Source: Trueperaceae bacterium (GTDB lineage Bacteria; Deinococcota; Deinococci; Deinococcales; Trueperaceae). From it: a stretch of DNA of 49,954 nucleotides. Numbering within the stretch: the stretch's first letter is position 1; every line of letters begins with the position of its first letter. Position numbers and translations under genes: made by a program. Location: assembly GCA_040905465.1 (NCBI GenBank), contig JBBDRK010000018.1:2475-52428 (forward strand), written 5' to 3'. This document shows, piece after piece, positions 47,489-49,954 of the stretch. The notes under the pieces were generated by a model. It made no database searches. It worked only from the letters and a program-made list of their open reading frames with translations, and had not been told where the DNA came from.

Positions 47489-48267
47489 ATGACCGGAACG
47501 GAACAGCTCCACGAGCAGTGGCGTGACCAGTTGGTCGACCTCTGCCACGAATTGGGTCGCGAGGAGCGCGAGCTCGCCATCCTGGGCGAGGGGAACGCCA
47601 GCTTGAGTTGCGGGGACGGCACCTTCTGGATCAAGGCGTCGGGCGCCAACCTGGGCGCGCTCGGTCCCCAGGACGCGAGCCGGATCAGGCTCGAGCCGAT
47701 CCTGAGGCTGCTGGAGCGCCCCGAGATGGCCGAGGAGGAGATCGAAAGGGAGCTGATCCTGGCCCAGGTCGAGCCCGGTCACCGCAAGCCGTCGGTGGAG
47801 ACGTTCCTGCACGCGGTCTGCCTGAGCGAAGGGGAGGCGAACTGGGTGGCGCACGTCCATTCGGTCGCGGTCAACCGCATCCTCTGCAGCCGCCTGGGCG
47901 CTCAACCGTTCCTCGGCCATGTGTTCCCCGACGCCGTTGTGGTGTGCGGTCCGGCGCCGGCGGTGGTCCCCTACGTCGACCCCGGCTTCGCCTTGGGCGT
48001 CGCCGCTCGCACCGAACTCCGGCGTTACCGGCAGAAGCACGGCGGTCCCCCGAAGCTCCTGCTGCTAACCAACCACGGCCCGGTGGCGCTGGGAAGTAGC
48101 GCCCGGGAGGCCCTCAACATCATGCTCATGGCCGACAAGTGGGCGCGCATCGTCTGGGGAAGCTACGCGCTGGGCGGCCCTGCGTTCCTGCCCCAGTCGG
48201 AGGTGGCCCGGATCGACGGCCGCCTGGACGAGCAGTACCGCCGGGCGCGACTGGGAGAGGATCCGTC

Positions 48268-48271
<4 letters not shown>
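47489..48271 (+). CDS. Class II aldolase/adducin family protein
   Basis: GEGNAS, IKASG, PSVETFLH, HVH, NHG zinc-ligand pattern. Confidence 0.88.
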
Positions 48272-49764
<1,493 letters not shown>

Positions 49765-49844
49765 ACGGCACTGCCGGTCGCGAGCGAGCGCGCTTCCAGG
49801 ACGGCTCCCTGGACCCCGGCCGCATGGGCGAAACGCAGTTGTTT

Positions 49845-49884
49845 TTGACAGTGACCGCGCCAGCCCCTAATATCACCTTGTCAA
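49845..49884 (+). promoter_or_regulatory. Sigma70-type promoter for a gene beyond the window, with overlapping inverted repeat
   Basis: TTGACA-17 nt-TAATAT; TGTCAA at 49879-49884 mirrors the -35 box. Confidence 0.7.
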
Positions 49885-49954
49885 GTAATGCTTGTTTTCT
49901 CGGGCCGCGCCGCGTCGGGCGGAAAGGAGGGGTGTAGGCACGCGGCACCACGGC

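Overview
High-GC bacterial chromosomal window. Deinococcota (Trueperaceae-like) origin is inferred from an SLH-anchored surface protein, a beta-barrel/lipoprotein pair and a leaderless gene with a TANNNT box 6 nt before its start; this is not proven. From left to right: a Fic protein; an NMT1/SsuA-type ABC importer with a DsrE/SaoD-like protein; DinB-like and SprT proteins; an SLH-collagen surface protein; a yodTSRQ-like operon (aminotransferase, CoA transferase, deacylase); and an outer-membrane protein plus lipoprotein. A regulator-rich accessory island (about 14.2-25.6 kb) follows. It holds a complete lasso-peptide cluster: RRE B1, peptidase B2, cyclase C, a 32-aa precursor missed by the ORF track (core GDVEGSTESISFRL), and a convergent secreted S9 isopeptidase-like enzyme. 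The island also has three XRE paralogs with their own operators, a LuxR regulator, and a large TPR/BTAD-type regulator next to an unannotated 40-aa secreted peptide. Next comes a LacI-controlled locus that looks like a D-arabinan utilisation pathway (ABC importer, DUF4185/GH183, DUF2961/GH172, fucose/D-arabinose isomerase, FGGY kinase), then a HEPN/MNT pair, an FSA-type aldolase with a PfkB kinase, and an L-rhamnose catabolic cluster containing a sulfatase and an ABC importer. No rRNA, tRNA, CRISPR array, integrase or transposase was recognised. All family assignments come from motif recognition, not database searches.
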